NCBI GenBank assembly: GCA_963663545.1
Contig: OY760505.1
Span: 288,001 to 352,000 of the forward strand
Direction of reading: 5' to 3'
DNA: 64,000 bases
DNA from: Candidatus Delongbacteria bacterium
GTDB taxonomy: Bacteria > CAIWAD01
Shown: one piece after another, positions 29,975-40,900 of the stretch
Layout of the letters: each line of letters begins with the position of its first letter
Position numbering within the stretch: the stretch's first letter is position 1
Translations under genes and position numbers: made by a program
Notes under the pieces: generated by a model
What the model was told of the DNA's origin: nothing
Databases searched by the model: none
What the model saw: only the letters and a program-made list of their open reading frames with translations

Positions 29975-30790
29975 AGTCCGTGTGTGTCCCGCGCTTTCAC
30001 GCGTGACTCCTCGGAGACTTCTCGCATTCGGTTTGAGCCGCTTGCGCCGCTCTGCGAATTCGCGAGAAATCTCCTCCTGGCCTTCAACGATTGCTGTCGA
30101 AGAGAAGACGAAGAATCGGCTGCCGATTCTTCAGCCATGCAGCCATCCTACCCAACAGCAAGCCCACCGAAATGGCCGCAAGGCCAGAGGTGAACGTCGA
30201 CTTACCCCTTAGCTTTGCTTCGGGTCAAGTCGCTCGCAGAATCCGCTTTGCGAATTCTGCCCTTCGGCGTGAACCAATGAGCGCTGCCCTCCAGCCATCA
30301 AATGGTGCCCTGCCCGCGTGTGTTTTGCTTCGCAAAACACCTCGACGAAGCCCCGCGCAAAACGTACCCGTACATGAAACTCCAGCCAATTGCGGGTCTT
30401 CGTCCATAGGATACAATGGGTTCCTACCGATGAAAGGATGAGACATGTCCCCTGCAGCCAGCCGTCTGTGAACGTCGACTTTGCTCGCAAAGTCGATCCG
30501 TCGACTTTGCCAAGCAAAGTCGATCGTGAACTCGTTAGCGTATCCCAAGGCATCAGCCATGCCCGACCAGGCGTCCTCGACGAGTCGTCGAGGGCCTCTG
30601 GGCGGGCGAGCGTTTTCTTTGCGCCACTTTCTTTGACGCGACAAAGAAAGTGGCATCTTCTTCGCTTAGCGCCAGCGTAAGCCCCGCGCCAGCGGCAAAG
30701 AGAGGACATCAGCCGAAAGGCAGCGCCTCGATACCGATTCGACTCCGATAGGAGTCGGCACCGATCCCGATACCGATACCGACTCAAGAA
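29975..30790. repeat. Right palindrome-rich repeat mosaic, inverted copy of modules in 17780-19128
   Basis: 30000-30135 matches 18975-19110, 30180-30345 matches 18495-18660, 30605-30655 matches 18015-18062 and 30727-30780 matches 17780-17830, all as reverse complements. Confidence 0.85.
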
Positions 30791-30859
30791 AATGGTGCAG
30801 AAGGGGCGCCCATCCCCTTGCTTTTTGCCCAGCAAAACCTGTTCTTTTGTTCACCTTTT

Positions 30860-32089
30860 ATGAACGCCAACGACTCGACATTCTGGCTCCACCTGCGGCT
30901 GCCCGACTTCGCGGTGCAGGTCGAAGAGCAACTGAATCCGGCCCTGCGCCGGTGTCCCTTCGCCCTCTGCACCAGCCTGGACGGCCACGGTCGCGTGCTG
31001 GCGCTGAGTCCAGCGGTGGAGCTGCCCGGCTTTCGCAAGGGCCATTCGGTGGGCGAGCTGCGAAGGCGCAGCGGCGAGGTGGAATGCCTGCCCTTTCAGC
31101 CCGCGCGCCTGCGCGCGGTTCACACTCGAGTGCTGCAACTGCTGCAGGAGCGCGTGCCCGCGGTCAGCGCCAGCGGCAGCACCGGGTTCAGCATAGCCCT
31201 GGCGGGTTGCCGTCACCTCTTCGCCAGCGCCGGGGATCTGGGACTGGAACTGCGCTCGCTTCTTTCGTCACGCGAGGGACTGCACTCGGCCATCGGGCTG
31301 GCCTCCAGTGCCCTAGGTGCGAGGCTGATCGCGCGGCGCGCTGAGGCGGGCGAAATCTGCGCTCTGGAAGAGGAAGAAGTGCAGAAGCTGCTGGATTCCT
31401 TTCCGCTGACCTGGCTGCCGGGGGTGGGCGGCCTGCGCGAGGAGCTGGCGGAGCTGGGCCTGCACCTCATCGGCGACGCACGCCTGCTGGATCCGGCCTG
31501 GCTGCGCCGCGTCTGTGGCGACCGCGCCCGTCTGCTCCTGCGCTCCTTGGGCGAGCTGGAACCGGGCCCGCGCCTGCGTTCGCTGCAAGTGGCCCGCCTA
31601 CAGGTGAAGGACGCGCACAAGGCAGCGACACACAAAACGCCCCTGCGCGTGGAGCGTTCGTTGCCGGTGGCCCAGAGCGATCCGGGCGCTCTCTGGCAGG
31701 AGCTTTTCGGTCTGCTGGACGAGGCCGCCCAGCGGCTACATGCGCTGGATCTGGAAGCGCGTCGTCTGCTATTGGCGGTGGAATGGGACGATGGTCGCGT
31801 CCTGCTGCGAGGCGCACCTGTGCTGCGGGAGCCGGGCGATAGCGCGCTGGCCGCGTTGCGTCACTGCGGTCGCGGGCTGCTGAGTCGTGCGCTGGACAGT
31901 CGCCGTCTGCGGGTGCGCGCCCTCAAGGTGGAGTTGGGATCGCTTTCGCAAGCGCCCCACACCGTCGACCTGTTCGCGGCGGCACAGCAGGAAAAGCTGC
32001 AGCGGCTGGAGAGCTCCCTGGGCGGCATCCGCTCGCGCTACGGCGGCAGCAGCATCCGACGCGGTATCTGTGGCGGGGCGGAATCGTGA
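30860..32089 (+). CDS. imuB: ImuB-like catalytically inactive Y-family polymerase
   Basis: Y-family layout (NPALRRCP, SAIGLAS, PLTWLPGVG, C-terminal DLF...IRSRYG) without the catalytic D/DE residues; upstream of dnaE2. Confidence 0.8.
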   Translation: MNANDSTFWLHLRLPDFAVQVEEQLNPALRRCPFALCTSLDGHGRVLALSPAVELPGFRKGHSVGELRRRSGEVECLPFQPARLRAVHTRVLQLLQERVPAVSASGSTGFSIALAGCRHLFASAGDLGLELRSLLSSREGLHSAIGLASSALGARLIARRAEAGEICALEEEEVQKLLDSFPLTWLPGVGGLREELAELGLHLIGDARLLDPAWLRRVCGDRARLLLRSLGELEPGPRLRSLQVARLQVKDAHKAATHKTPLRVERSLPVAQSDPGALWQELFGLLDEAAQRLHALDLEARRLLLAVEWDDGRVLLRGAPVLREPGDSALAALRHCGRGLLSRALDSRRLRVRALKVELGSLSQAPHTVDLFAAAQQEKLQRLESSLGGIRSRYGGSSIRRGICGGAES

Positions 32090-32525
32090 GCGCGTGCAGC
32101 AAACGACCTCCTGAAGCGGAAAGGACGAAAGCTCCGGACCCGTGCTGTGAAGGCTCACCGCGAGTTGCAGAAGCGGCTTCTCCATGGGGCAGAGCGTGCC
32201 CGAGCTCTCACGAAGAGACGCTGCATCCGGCTGCTCACGAAGGCGCGTTGCGTTTGCCGGTGCTCAGGCTTCCCTTTCTGAGGCTTCTGCGTGATACAGA
32301 CAGGAGCGGGAAGGCGGATCGGCAATGAGAACCGCTGCACCAAGGCGTGTGTGCTCTGCGTGGAAGCCACGGCGAGTAGATCTGCCAAGGAGAGATCTGC
32401 GGCGTGACACGCCTAAGCGAGTGGATACTTCGCGGAGGAAGCGCCTGCAGATGTAGCATCGCAGACATAGCCTCCATGAACTTGTGTCCGCACGCCGTAT
32501 AAACCGGAAGGGAAGGTGATGGCCC

Positions 32526-35500
32526 GTGCTGCTGGAAGCCCACAGTCACTTCAGCTTCGGCGAAGGTTGCCTGTCGCCGTTGGAGCTGGCACAGGCGGCG
32601 GCCAAGGCCGGTCATCGCAGTCTGGGCCTCTGCGACAACGACGGGCTCTATGGCATGGTGGAGTTCTACCGTGCCGCCCTCGCCGAAGGGCTGAAGCCCG
32701 TGCTGGGGCTGCGGCTGAGTGCGCTGGCGGGTGCGCTGCTGCTGGCGCGTGGTGAGACGGGTCGCCGTGAGCTCTGTCGTCTGGCCACGCTGGCGCAACT
32801 GGGTGACGAATCACCCTGGCTGCGTCAGTCTGAGGATTCGCTGCCCAAGCGGGGTCCGGGTTCGCCGCTGGATCACGCCAGTCCCTGGCAACGCACTCGC
32901 GCCGAGGCCACCGGCACGGCTCAGCAGCTGCGTGAGGCCATCGCCGAGCTACAGGATTGCGAGCTGATCCTGCCTTCGCTCGAGGCACTGGCAGCACTGC
33001 GCGAGTTGCCGGGGGGCTTGAATCCAGCCTGGGTCTCCGTCGGCGTGCATCCCGTGCTGGGGCGTCAGCGGGCCAACGAAGTCTGGAGTGCCGCCCGCGC
33101 TGCGGGCCTGCCCTGTGTTCCGCACCTGCCGGTGTATCACGAAACGCCGGTCGATCAGGAGCTGCATCGGCTCTTACGCGCCATCGCCACCGGTGATACA
33201 CTGGCGCGCGCGCGTCCCGTCTGCGCATCGGGTCATCTGGTGACACCAGAGGAGCTACGCCGCCCCTTCTCCACGTTACCAGAAACGCTGCGTCGTCTGG
33301 ACGAGATGGAAGAACGCTGCCGGCTCGAGCTGGAACTGGGCCGTCTGCACATGCCCGATCCCGAACTGCCTGCGGGCGTGAACGCCACCGACGTACTCTG
33401 GGAGCGCTGTCTGCGCGGCCTGCGACAGCACTATCCCGCTCCCGGCCCCGATGGGCTGCCGGTATCACAGGAAGAAGCCGCCCTGCGCCTGCAGCGCGAA
33501 GTGCGTGTGATCGACGCCATGCACTTCTCCGGCTACTTCCTGGTGGTGGACGAGATTCTGGATTTCGCGCGCGAGAACGGCTTGCCCTGGGTGGGGCGCG
33601 GCAGTGCGGCCAACAGTCTGGTGGCCTACTGTCTGGGCTTCACGGAGGTGGACCCCATCCGGCACAAACTCTACTTCGAGCGCTTCCTCAACCCGCAGCG
33701 CAGCAGTCCGCCGGACATCGACCTGGACTTCAGCTGGACCGACCGCGACCGCGTGCTGGCCAACGTCTACCACCGCTTCGGTCACGAGCGCGTAGCGATG
33801 ATCTGCACCACCATCACCTTCGGTCCCCGGGCCGCGGTGCGGGAGACAGCCAAAGCCATGGGCATCGGCGGTGACGGGCTCAAACGGCTTACCGACAATC
33901 TGCCCCACTCGGCGCGCGACCTACAGGAGATGCTGGCTGAGGAAGGACAACCGCGCCTGCGCGCGCGCGGCCTGCGGCCGGATCTGGAGCCCTTGGCGAG
34001 CGTGCTGCCTTTTGCCTTACGACTGATGGGACGCCCACGCCACCTAGGTATTCACGCGGGCGGCATCGTGGTCAGTCCGGATGCGGTCTACGAGCGCATG
34101 CCGCTGCAGCGGGCCAGCAAGGGACTGTGTGTCACGCAGCTCGACATGCACCCGGTCGAGGAGCTGGGCCTGGTCAAGATCGACCTGCTGGCCCAGCGCG
34201 GTCTGGGCGTCTACAGCGATCTGGTCCGCGATCTGGAGCAGCGCGGGCTGCCGCCGGTGCCCTTCAGCGTCGAGGAGCTGGAAGCCGACCCCGCGGTGCA
34301 GTCGATGATGGCCGAGGGGCGCAGCATGGGCTGCTTCTATATAGAAAGCCCCGGCATGCGCGCGCTCCTGCGCAAACTGCGCTGCGCCGACTTCGGCACC
34401 CTGGTGGCCGCCAGCTCCATCATCCGTCCCGGCGTGTCCGAATCGGGCATGATGCAGGCCTATATCGAACGGCACCTGGATCCCGCCAAGGCCCACTACC
34501 TGCACCCGCGCCTGCAGGAGGTGCTCGCCGACACCTACGGCGTGATGGTCTACCAGGAGGACGTGATCAAGGTGACCCACGCGCTGGCGGGCATGGACCT
34601 GGCCGAGGGCGATCTGCTGCGGCGTGCGATGTGCGGCAAGAGCACCGAACCCGGCGCACTGGCCCGTACCCGCAAACGCTTTCTGGACGGCTGCCGAGGC
34701 AACGGAATTGAAGACGCCATCGCACTGGAAGTCTGGCGGCAGATCCGCAGCTTCGCGGGCTACGCCTTCTGCAAAGCCCACAGTGCCAGCTTCGCCGTGC
34801 TCTCCATGCGCGTGGCCTGGATCAAGGTGCATCATCCCGCCGAGTTCATGGCCGCCGTGCTCAGCAACCAGGGCGGCTACTACGGCTGCGCCGCCTACGT
34901 GCAGGAAGCGCGCCGCATGGGACTGCGACTGTTGCCTCCCGATGTATCACACGGCGACGGTGTCTGGAAAGGAAGTGGCAACACCTTGCGCGTCGGACTG
35001 GCCCAGGTGGGCAGCCTCAGCTCCGCCGCCCTGCGACGACTGCTGCGGGAGCGTGCGCGAGCGCCCTGGCGCGGAATTCGAGATCTGCGCCGCCGCACAG
35101 GGTTGGCCCAGGACGAGTTGGAAGCGCTGATCCTTTGCGGTGCCTGCGACAGTCTGGGGGAACCGGGCGAGGACAGCCGCCACTTGCGTCCACGCCTGCT
35201 CTGGGCCGCCCGACTGGAACAGCAGACGCCCGCAGACGAAGGCTTGCTGCCTCTGGACGATCTTCCCGCTGTGCCCTCCTCCCTGATGCTCAGCGGGCTG
35301 GAGCTCTGGCAGCACGAGCGCCGCCTGCTGGGCTTCGGTGTGCATCACCATCCGCTGGCGCTCTACGACTTCGGCGAGCTGCCCGCGCACTGCGTCGACT
35401 CCCGCGAACTGCGCAACAGGCCCGCCGGGACGCGCGTCTGCATGCTGGGCTGGAACTACTCGCGCAAGGTGATCCTCACGCGCAGCAAGGAGCAGGCGCA

Positions 35501-35843
35501 ACCGCTGCCCATCGACGCGAACGACGATGCCCGTGCTCCAGCGCGTCTACCTACCGTCGCTGCGGCCCCAGTCTTAGCCGAATCCGCCCGGCGTCGCGAA
35601 GCCATGTCCTTCCTTTCTATGGAAGACCTGCAGGGCACCTGGGAGGCGGTGCTTTTTCCGCGCGTCTACGAACGCCATCAGCTCCTCTGCCGCGAACACG
35701 GTCCCTTTCTGTTGGAAGGCAAGGTCGAGTACGAGGCGGGCGAGGCCATGCTCATCGTCAGTGACATGCGCCGCATCGGGCGATTACGTCAACTCAACAG
35801 AACGCTGGCACATGGACAGGTTGAGGAATCTTTGACAACTTAG
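32526..35843 (+). CDS. dnaE2: Error-prone DNA polymerase III alpha (DnaE2/ImuC type)
   Basis: PHP HSHFSF, GRGSAANSLVAYCLG, FERFL...PPDIDLDF, KIDLL, GYAFCKAHSASF; next to imuB. Confidence 0.92.
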   Translation: MLLEAHSHFSFGEGCLSPLELAQAAAKAGHRSLGLCDNDGLYGMVEFYRAALAEGLKPVLGLRLSALAGALLLARGETGRRELCRLATLAQLGDESPWLRQSEDSLPKRGPGSPLDHASPWQRTRAEATGTAQQLREAIAELQDCELILPSLEALAALRELPGGLNPAWVSVGVHPVLGRQRANEVWSAARAAGLPCVPHLPVYHETPVDQELHRLLRAIATGDTLARARPVCASGHLVTPEELRRPFSTLPETLRRLDEMEERCRLELELGRLHMPDPELPAGVNATDVLWERCLRGLRQHYPAPGPDGLPVSQEEAALRLQREVRVIDAMHFSGYFLVVDEILDFARENGLPWVGRGSAANSLVAYCLGFTEVDPIRHKLYFERFLNPQRSSPPDIDLDFSWTDRDRVLANVYHRFGHERVAMICTTITFGPRAAVRETAKAMGIGGDGLKRLTDNLPHSARDLQEMLAEEGQPRLRARGLRPDLEPLASVLPFALRLMGRPRHLGIHAGGIVVSPDAVYERMPLQRASKGLCVTQLDMHPVEELGLVKIDLLAQRGLGVYSDLVRDLEQRGLPPVPFSVEELEADPAVQSMMAEGRSMGCFYIESPGMRALLRKLRCADFGTLVAASSIIRPGVSESGMMQAYIERHLDPAKAHYLHPRLQEVLADTYGVMVYQEDVIKVTHALAGMDLAEGDLLRRAMCGKSTEPGALARTRKRFLDGCRGNGIEDAIALEVWRQIRSFAGYAFCKAHSASFAVLSMRVAWIKVHHPAEFMAAVLSNQGGYYGCAAYVQEARRMGLRLLPPDVSHGDGVWKGSGNTLRVGLAQVGSLSSAALRRLLRERARAPWRGIRDLRRRTGLAQDELEALILCGACDSLGEPGEDSRHLRPRLLWAARLEQQTPADEGLLPLDDLPAVPSSLMLSGLELWQHERRLLGFGVHHHPLALYDFGELPAHCVDSRELRNRPAGTRVCMLGWNYSRKVILTRSKEQAQPLPIDANDDARAPARLPTVAAAPVLAESARRREAMSFLSMEDLQGTWEAVLFPRVYERHQLLCREHGPFLLEGKVEYEAGEAMLIVSDMRRIGRLRQLNRTLAHGQVEESLTT

Positions 35844-35873
35844 GCGCGACCCGAAACCAAATCCGGAGCCCTC

Positions 35874-37709
35874 GTGAAGCATCTCGCCCATTCCCTCCTA
35901 CAAGTCTGCCGCAAGCATCCGCGTCGCACCGCCATGCGCTGGCAGCAGGATGGCCGCTGGCATCGTCTGCACTACGTCGAGGTCAGTCAGCGTGTACGCC
36001 GCATCGCCCGTGGTCTGCGCGAAGTGGGCGTAGCTTCCGGCGATCGCGTCGCCCTGCTCTCGGCCAACATTCCGGAATGGAGCCTCTGCGATTACGCGCT
36101 GATGAGCTTGCACGCCGTCAGCGTCCCCCTGTTCACCAGCACATCCTCCGCGCAGATCACCAGTCTGCTGGAGGACTGCGACGCGCGCATTCTGCTGGTG
36201 GCCGGTGAGGAGCCCGCGCGCCGCGCGCTGGAAGTGCTGGATCAGGGCAAGCTGGACTACCTGGTTTTCCTGGACGGCGAACCTGCTGGCCTGACCCCCG
36301 AACAGCATGTACGCGTGCGCACGCTGGAAGAGCTCGAAGAGAAGGGTGAGCTGGACGAGGAGGAACTGCTTCGTGATCTGGCGCAGTCCGATCCCGAGGA
36401 GCTGGCCACGCTGATCTACACTTCGGGCACCACCGGCAATCCCAAAGGCGTGATGCTGAAGCACAGCAATTTCTTTCCCGAGATACACGCCATTCGCGAA
36501 CTCTTCAGCATTGATCATCGCGAGCGCAGCCTCTGCTTCCTGCCGCTGAGTCACGTCTTTGAGCGCGCCTGGACGCTACTGATGCACAACCACGGTTCCT
36601 GTGTCACCTACCTGGCCAATCCGCGCGACATCGCCGAGGCGCTACCCCGGGTCAAGCCCAACGTGTTCTGCAGTGTGCCGCGTCTTTTCGAGAAGGTGCA
36701 CGATGTGATACACGAGCGTATGGACGCTGCGCCTGCGCGCAAGCGCCGCATCTTCCAGTGGGCCACCGCCCAAGGCCGCATGTATCACGGACTGGAAGGC
36801 GCTCCCGCCGACCGCAGCCTGCGCAGGCGTATCACCTATCGCATTGCCGATCTGCTAGTCCTGCGTCGCATTCGCGCTGCACTGGGCGGACAGAAAAAGG
36901 TGTTGGCCGCAGGCGGAGCCGCGCTGGCACCCCATGTATCACGCTTCTTCCACAGCGCCGGTCTGCTGATTCACCAGGGCTACGGGCTCACCGAAACCGC
37001 GCCGCTGGTCACCTGCAACACGGCGGCCGATCACCGTCACGGCAGCGTTGGCCGACCGGTTCCCGGCGTCGAGGTGCGCATCAGCACCGAGGGCGAGATT
37101 CTGGTGAAGGGACCGAACGTCTCCACCGGCTACTGGAACCGCCCAGAGGAAAACGCAGCCACCTTCCGCGACGGCTGGTTCCACACCGGCGACATCGGCC
37201 ACTTTGACAGCGAAGGCTACCTGAGCATCACTGGCCGCTGCAAGGAGTTGATCGTCACCTCCGGCGGCAAGAACGTCGCCCCGCAGCTCATTGAAGAAGC
37301 CCTGACCCGCGATCGCTACATCGAGCAAGCCAGCGCCGTCGGCGACGGCCGCCAGTTCATCGCCGCGCTGGTGGTACCTACCTTCTCCGCCCTCGAGGAG
37401 TTGGCGCGCGAGCAGCAGTGGCAGTTCGCCAACCACGAAAGTCTGTTGCGCATGCCCGAGGTGCTGGATTTCTACCAACAGCGCATTGCCACCGCCTGTC
37501 GCGACTTGGCCGATCACGAGGCCGTGCGACGCTTCACACTGCTGCCCCAGCAGTTCAGCGAGGTCGCCGGCGAACTGACGCCAACGCTGAAGCTGCGCCG
37601 TCACGTCATTACCAGACGCTACGAAGAGCTGATCGAGTCCATGTATAAGCAGTCGCGCCAGATGCTGGGCGAGAAGCAGCGTGGTCTGGATTCGCAGGCA
37701 AGTCGCTAA
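35874..37709 (+). CDS. Long-chain fatty acid-CoA ligase (AMP-binding)
   Basis: IYTSGTTGNPKG, GYGLTET, GWFHTGDIG, ELTPTLKLRR. Confidence 0.92.
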   Translation: MKHLAHSLLQVCRKHPRRTAMRWQQDGRWHRLHYVEVSQRVRRIARGLREVGVASGDRVALLSANIPEWSLCDYALMSLHAVSVPLFTSTSSAQITSLLEDCDARILLVAGEEPARRALEVLDQGKLDYLVFLDGEPAGLTPEQHVRVRTLEELEEKGELDEEELLRDLAQSDPEELATLIYTSGTTGNPKGVMLKHSNFFPEIHAIRELFSIDHRERSLCFLPLSHVFERAWTLLMHNHGSCVTYLANPRDIAEALPRVKPNVFCSVPRLFEKVHDVIHERMDAAPARKRRIFQWATAQGRMYHGLEGAPADRSLRRRITYRIADLLVLRRIRAALGGQKKVLAAGGAALAPHVSRFFHSAGLLIHQGYGLTETAPLVTCNTAADHRHGSVGRPVPGVEVRISTEGEILVKGPNVSTGYWNRPEENAATFRDGWFHTGDIGHFDSEGYLSITGRCKELIVTSGGKNVAPQLIEEALTRDRYIEQASAVGDGRQFIAALVVPTFSALEELAREQQWQFANHESLLRMPEVLDFYQQRIATACRDLADHEAVRRFTLLPQQFSEVAGELTPTLKLRRHVITRRYEELIESMYKQSRQMLGEKQRGLDSQASR

Positions 37710-37846
37710 TCCGCCCGAGGCGCATTTTCTGGCAGAGTTTACACTGTGCAATTTCCTGCAGTGGAAGTCGCGCAGCTCTGGGCGCCGACCTACATTCTAT
37801 TGTTGTTATTTCATCACTTATCTCACATTGTTTTCCCACTGGACAG

Positions 37847-37898
37847 GGCACGAATTTTGCGCCCTACTTAGCCTACTCTGAATCGTGGGACGTTCAGA
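37847..37898 (+). promoter_or_regulatory. Sigma54 promoter plus conserved 5' leader hairpin
   Basis: GGCAC-GAATT-TTGC (37847-37860), then CTACTCTGAATCGTGGGACGTTCAGA. Confidence 0.7.
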
Positions 37899-37924
37899 AT
37901 AAAATCTAGCCACAGGGAGACGCC

Positions 37925-40900
37925 ATGAGAGGTCGTTCTCTACTGCTCTGTGCAAGCTTGTTCTGCCTAAGCGCTCCGGCTTGGGCTGATCATCTGCAGT
38001 TCAGTTATCAACTTCCCGATCCGCAGGTTGCAAACAGCGATACAGGCATGATGCTGAATCTGCCGGGCGCCCATCGTCACGATGTGGCCGGCGCTCCGGA
38101 CCTGCCCGTTTGGCCGATGCGTCTGCTTCTGCCAGCGGGACACGAAGCCCTTTCGCTCAGCGTGCGCTACGAGGACGTGGAGCTTCAGTCCATCGACCCG
38201 CTGCGCCCGCACCAGCAGGACTTCCCCATTTCGCAGCGCCAGCTGGCCACTCGCACCGCACCCGATGCGGACCTCTACGGCAGCGACGCCTTCTGGCCCG
38301 CCGTCGACAGTGCGAACCTGAGCACTTCGGCCGAGGACGGCCACTGCATCGCGCTTGCCGACCTTTACCCGCTGCGCTACAATCCGGTGAGCGGCGAACT
38401 TTCCATCGCGCATCGCATTGTGGTCGAGGTGGAAACCGCAGCCAACGAGCGCTTCCTGCCCCCGCGCGCGGATCATTTGCGCGAGGTGCGCGCCCACGTG
38501 GACAATCCCCAGGCGCTGGCCACATATCAGTACGCGGACGAGGCTTCGCGCACGGACGATGTGGAAATGCTGATCATCACCGACGACTATTTCCTGCCCG
38601 CCTTTCAGCTCTTGGCCGACTACAAGAACAGCCTGGGCCTGAGCTGCGAAATCCAGTACATCATGGACATTCTGGATGCACAGGATGGACGCGACAACGC
38701 CGAGCGCCTGCGCAACCATCTCATCGCCCAGTACGCCACGCGCAATGTGCGCTACGTGCTGCTTGGTGGTGACACGGAGTACATTCCCCTCCGCAGCCTT
38801 TACGTGGACACCGGCGGCGGAACCGCCGACCACCTGCCCTCCGACTTCTACTATGCGGCGCTGGACGGCGACTGGAACGCCGACGGAGACAGCCGCTGGG
38901 GCGAGCCCGGCGAAGAGGACTGGTACGCCGAACTGGCCGTTGGCCGTGCGGGCGTCAGCACCTTGGCCGATGCACAGAATTTCGTGCATAAGCAGATTTC
39001 CTATCAGGACGATCCGGTTACCGCCGATGTGTCAAGCTACCTGCTTGTGGGTGAGCAGCTGAATGACGATCCCGTCACCTGGGGCGGCGACTGCAAGGAC
39101 GAAGTGGCCGACGGCAGCAGCAATTGGGGCATGACCACAACAGGTTTCCCAACTACGGTGGGCGTCACCACCCTTTACGATCGTGACCACTTCTGGGCCA
39201 ACACCGAGCTTTTCTCGGCCCTGTCGGCTGGCGTGAACTTCAGCAATCACCTGGGCCATTCGAACTGGAACTACGTGATGAAGTTCAGCAATGACGACGT
39301 CACCACCAGCAATTTCCCCAGCAATGGCGATTCCCACAGCTACCATTTGGGCTACAGCCAGGGTTGTATTCCCGGTGCTTTTGATGAAGATGCCTGCATT
39401 CTGGAGCGCCTGACCAACCTGAGCACCGGCTACGCGGCCTTCATCGGCAACTCGCGCTACGGCTGGTACTCGCCCGGCCAGACCAGCGGACCCAGCCAGC
39501 TCTTCGATCGCCAGTTCTTCGATGCCCTCTTTGGCGAAGGCATTCGCGAGCTGGCTGCCGCCAACAACGACAGCAAGCACGACCTGGTCAGCTGGGCCAA
39601 CAGCCAGGGCACCATGCGCTGGTGCTACTACGAACTGAATCTCTTCGGCGACCCCAGCCTGATTCCCTGGAGTTCGCCCCCCTGCATGCTGCAGGTGTTC
39701 GCCGACAATCAGGTTCTGCCCGGCACCAACAGCATCGACCTTTCGATCAGTGTGGCAAGCCAATCCCCCGAGGGAACCCGCGTAGCGCTGCTGAATGAGG
39801 ACGGCACCCTTCTGGGCGCAAGCACCGCAGACGCCGCGGGCGATGTGCAGCTGCTGCTGGACACTCCCATGACCGAGGTTGTCGACTACGAGCTGGTGGT
39901 TTCGGGCTTCAACCTGCGCACTCATCGTGAGACGATTACGCTGATCGAGCCGGAGAACGCGCACCTGGCCTCTTCCGCCATGAGCTTCACCGACAGCAAC
40001 GGGAATGGAGTGATGGAGGCCGCCGAGCCCTGTGCCCTTCAACTGACGCTGACAAACTACGGAAACACCGATGCGCACAACGTAGTGCTGACTCTGCTGA
40101 CCAGCGACAATTATGCTGTGACACAGGGCAGTCTGATCTGCGGCACCATTGCCGCCGGTGGCAGTGCAACCCCGGGTGGCACGCTGCAGCTTATCCCCGC
40201 TTTCTCACTTGCCGATGGCGCCGTCCTCAGCTTGCAGTTTGAAGCCGTGGCCGACGAGGGAAGCTGGGAGTTCGAACTGCGTCAGACGGTGCAGAGCCCG
40301 GTCTTCGGTCTGGGCACTCTGCTTGCCCAGGACGGCAGCAACGATCACCTGGACCCGCAGGAAAGCACAAGCCTGGTTCTCGAGCTGCTCAACAACGGTG
40401 AAGGCAGCTACCTGAACGGCAGCGCCACCCTGCTCTGCAGCACTCCAGGCGTGACAATTACCAGTCCGGCACAGCAGGTGGGCAATCTGGCCTACGGTGA
40501 AAGCCAGTCTTTGAGTTTTGCCATGAACATTGGTGGTGCGCTGCAAAACGGCGACAATCTGGAGTTCACCTTCCAGGTGCACGACGCCCAGAGCAACCTG
40601 CGCTACGAGCAGGTGCTTCAGCTTCAATTGGGCGATGTGGAAGTGGGCTACGAGAGCGGTGCCCTGGATGAACTCAACTGGGAAAGCGAGGGTGCTTCCT
40701 GGTCGGTGACATCCAGCGGAGCCGCGGAGGGCAGTTACTGCGCACGCAGCGGATCCATCGGACACAACAGCCGCAGCGTGCTCTACGTCGAGCGTTGGTT
40801 TGATTGTATCACGCAGGTTGCCTTCCAGTACAAAGTCAGCTCCGAACAGGGCTTCGACTTCCTGCGCTTTGAGGTGGATGAAGTTCCGGTGGCTTCCTGG

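Noticed and set aside
29460-29975. Integron integrase or its remnant
   Set aside because: No ORF with tyrosine-recombinase R-H-R-Y motifs; the region is too short
32086-32328. 80-aa ORF overlapping the imuB stop
   Set aside because: No recognisable family or ImuA/RecA-like motif; cannot be supported from sequence alone
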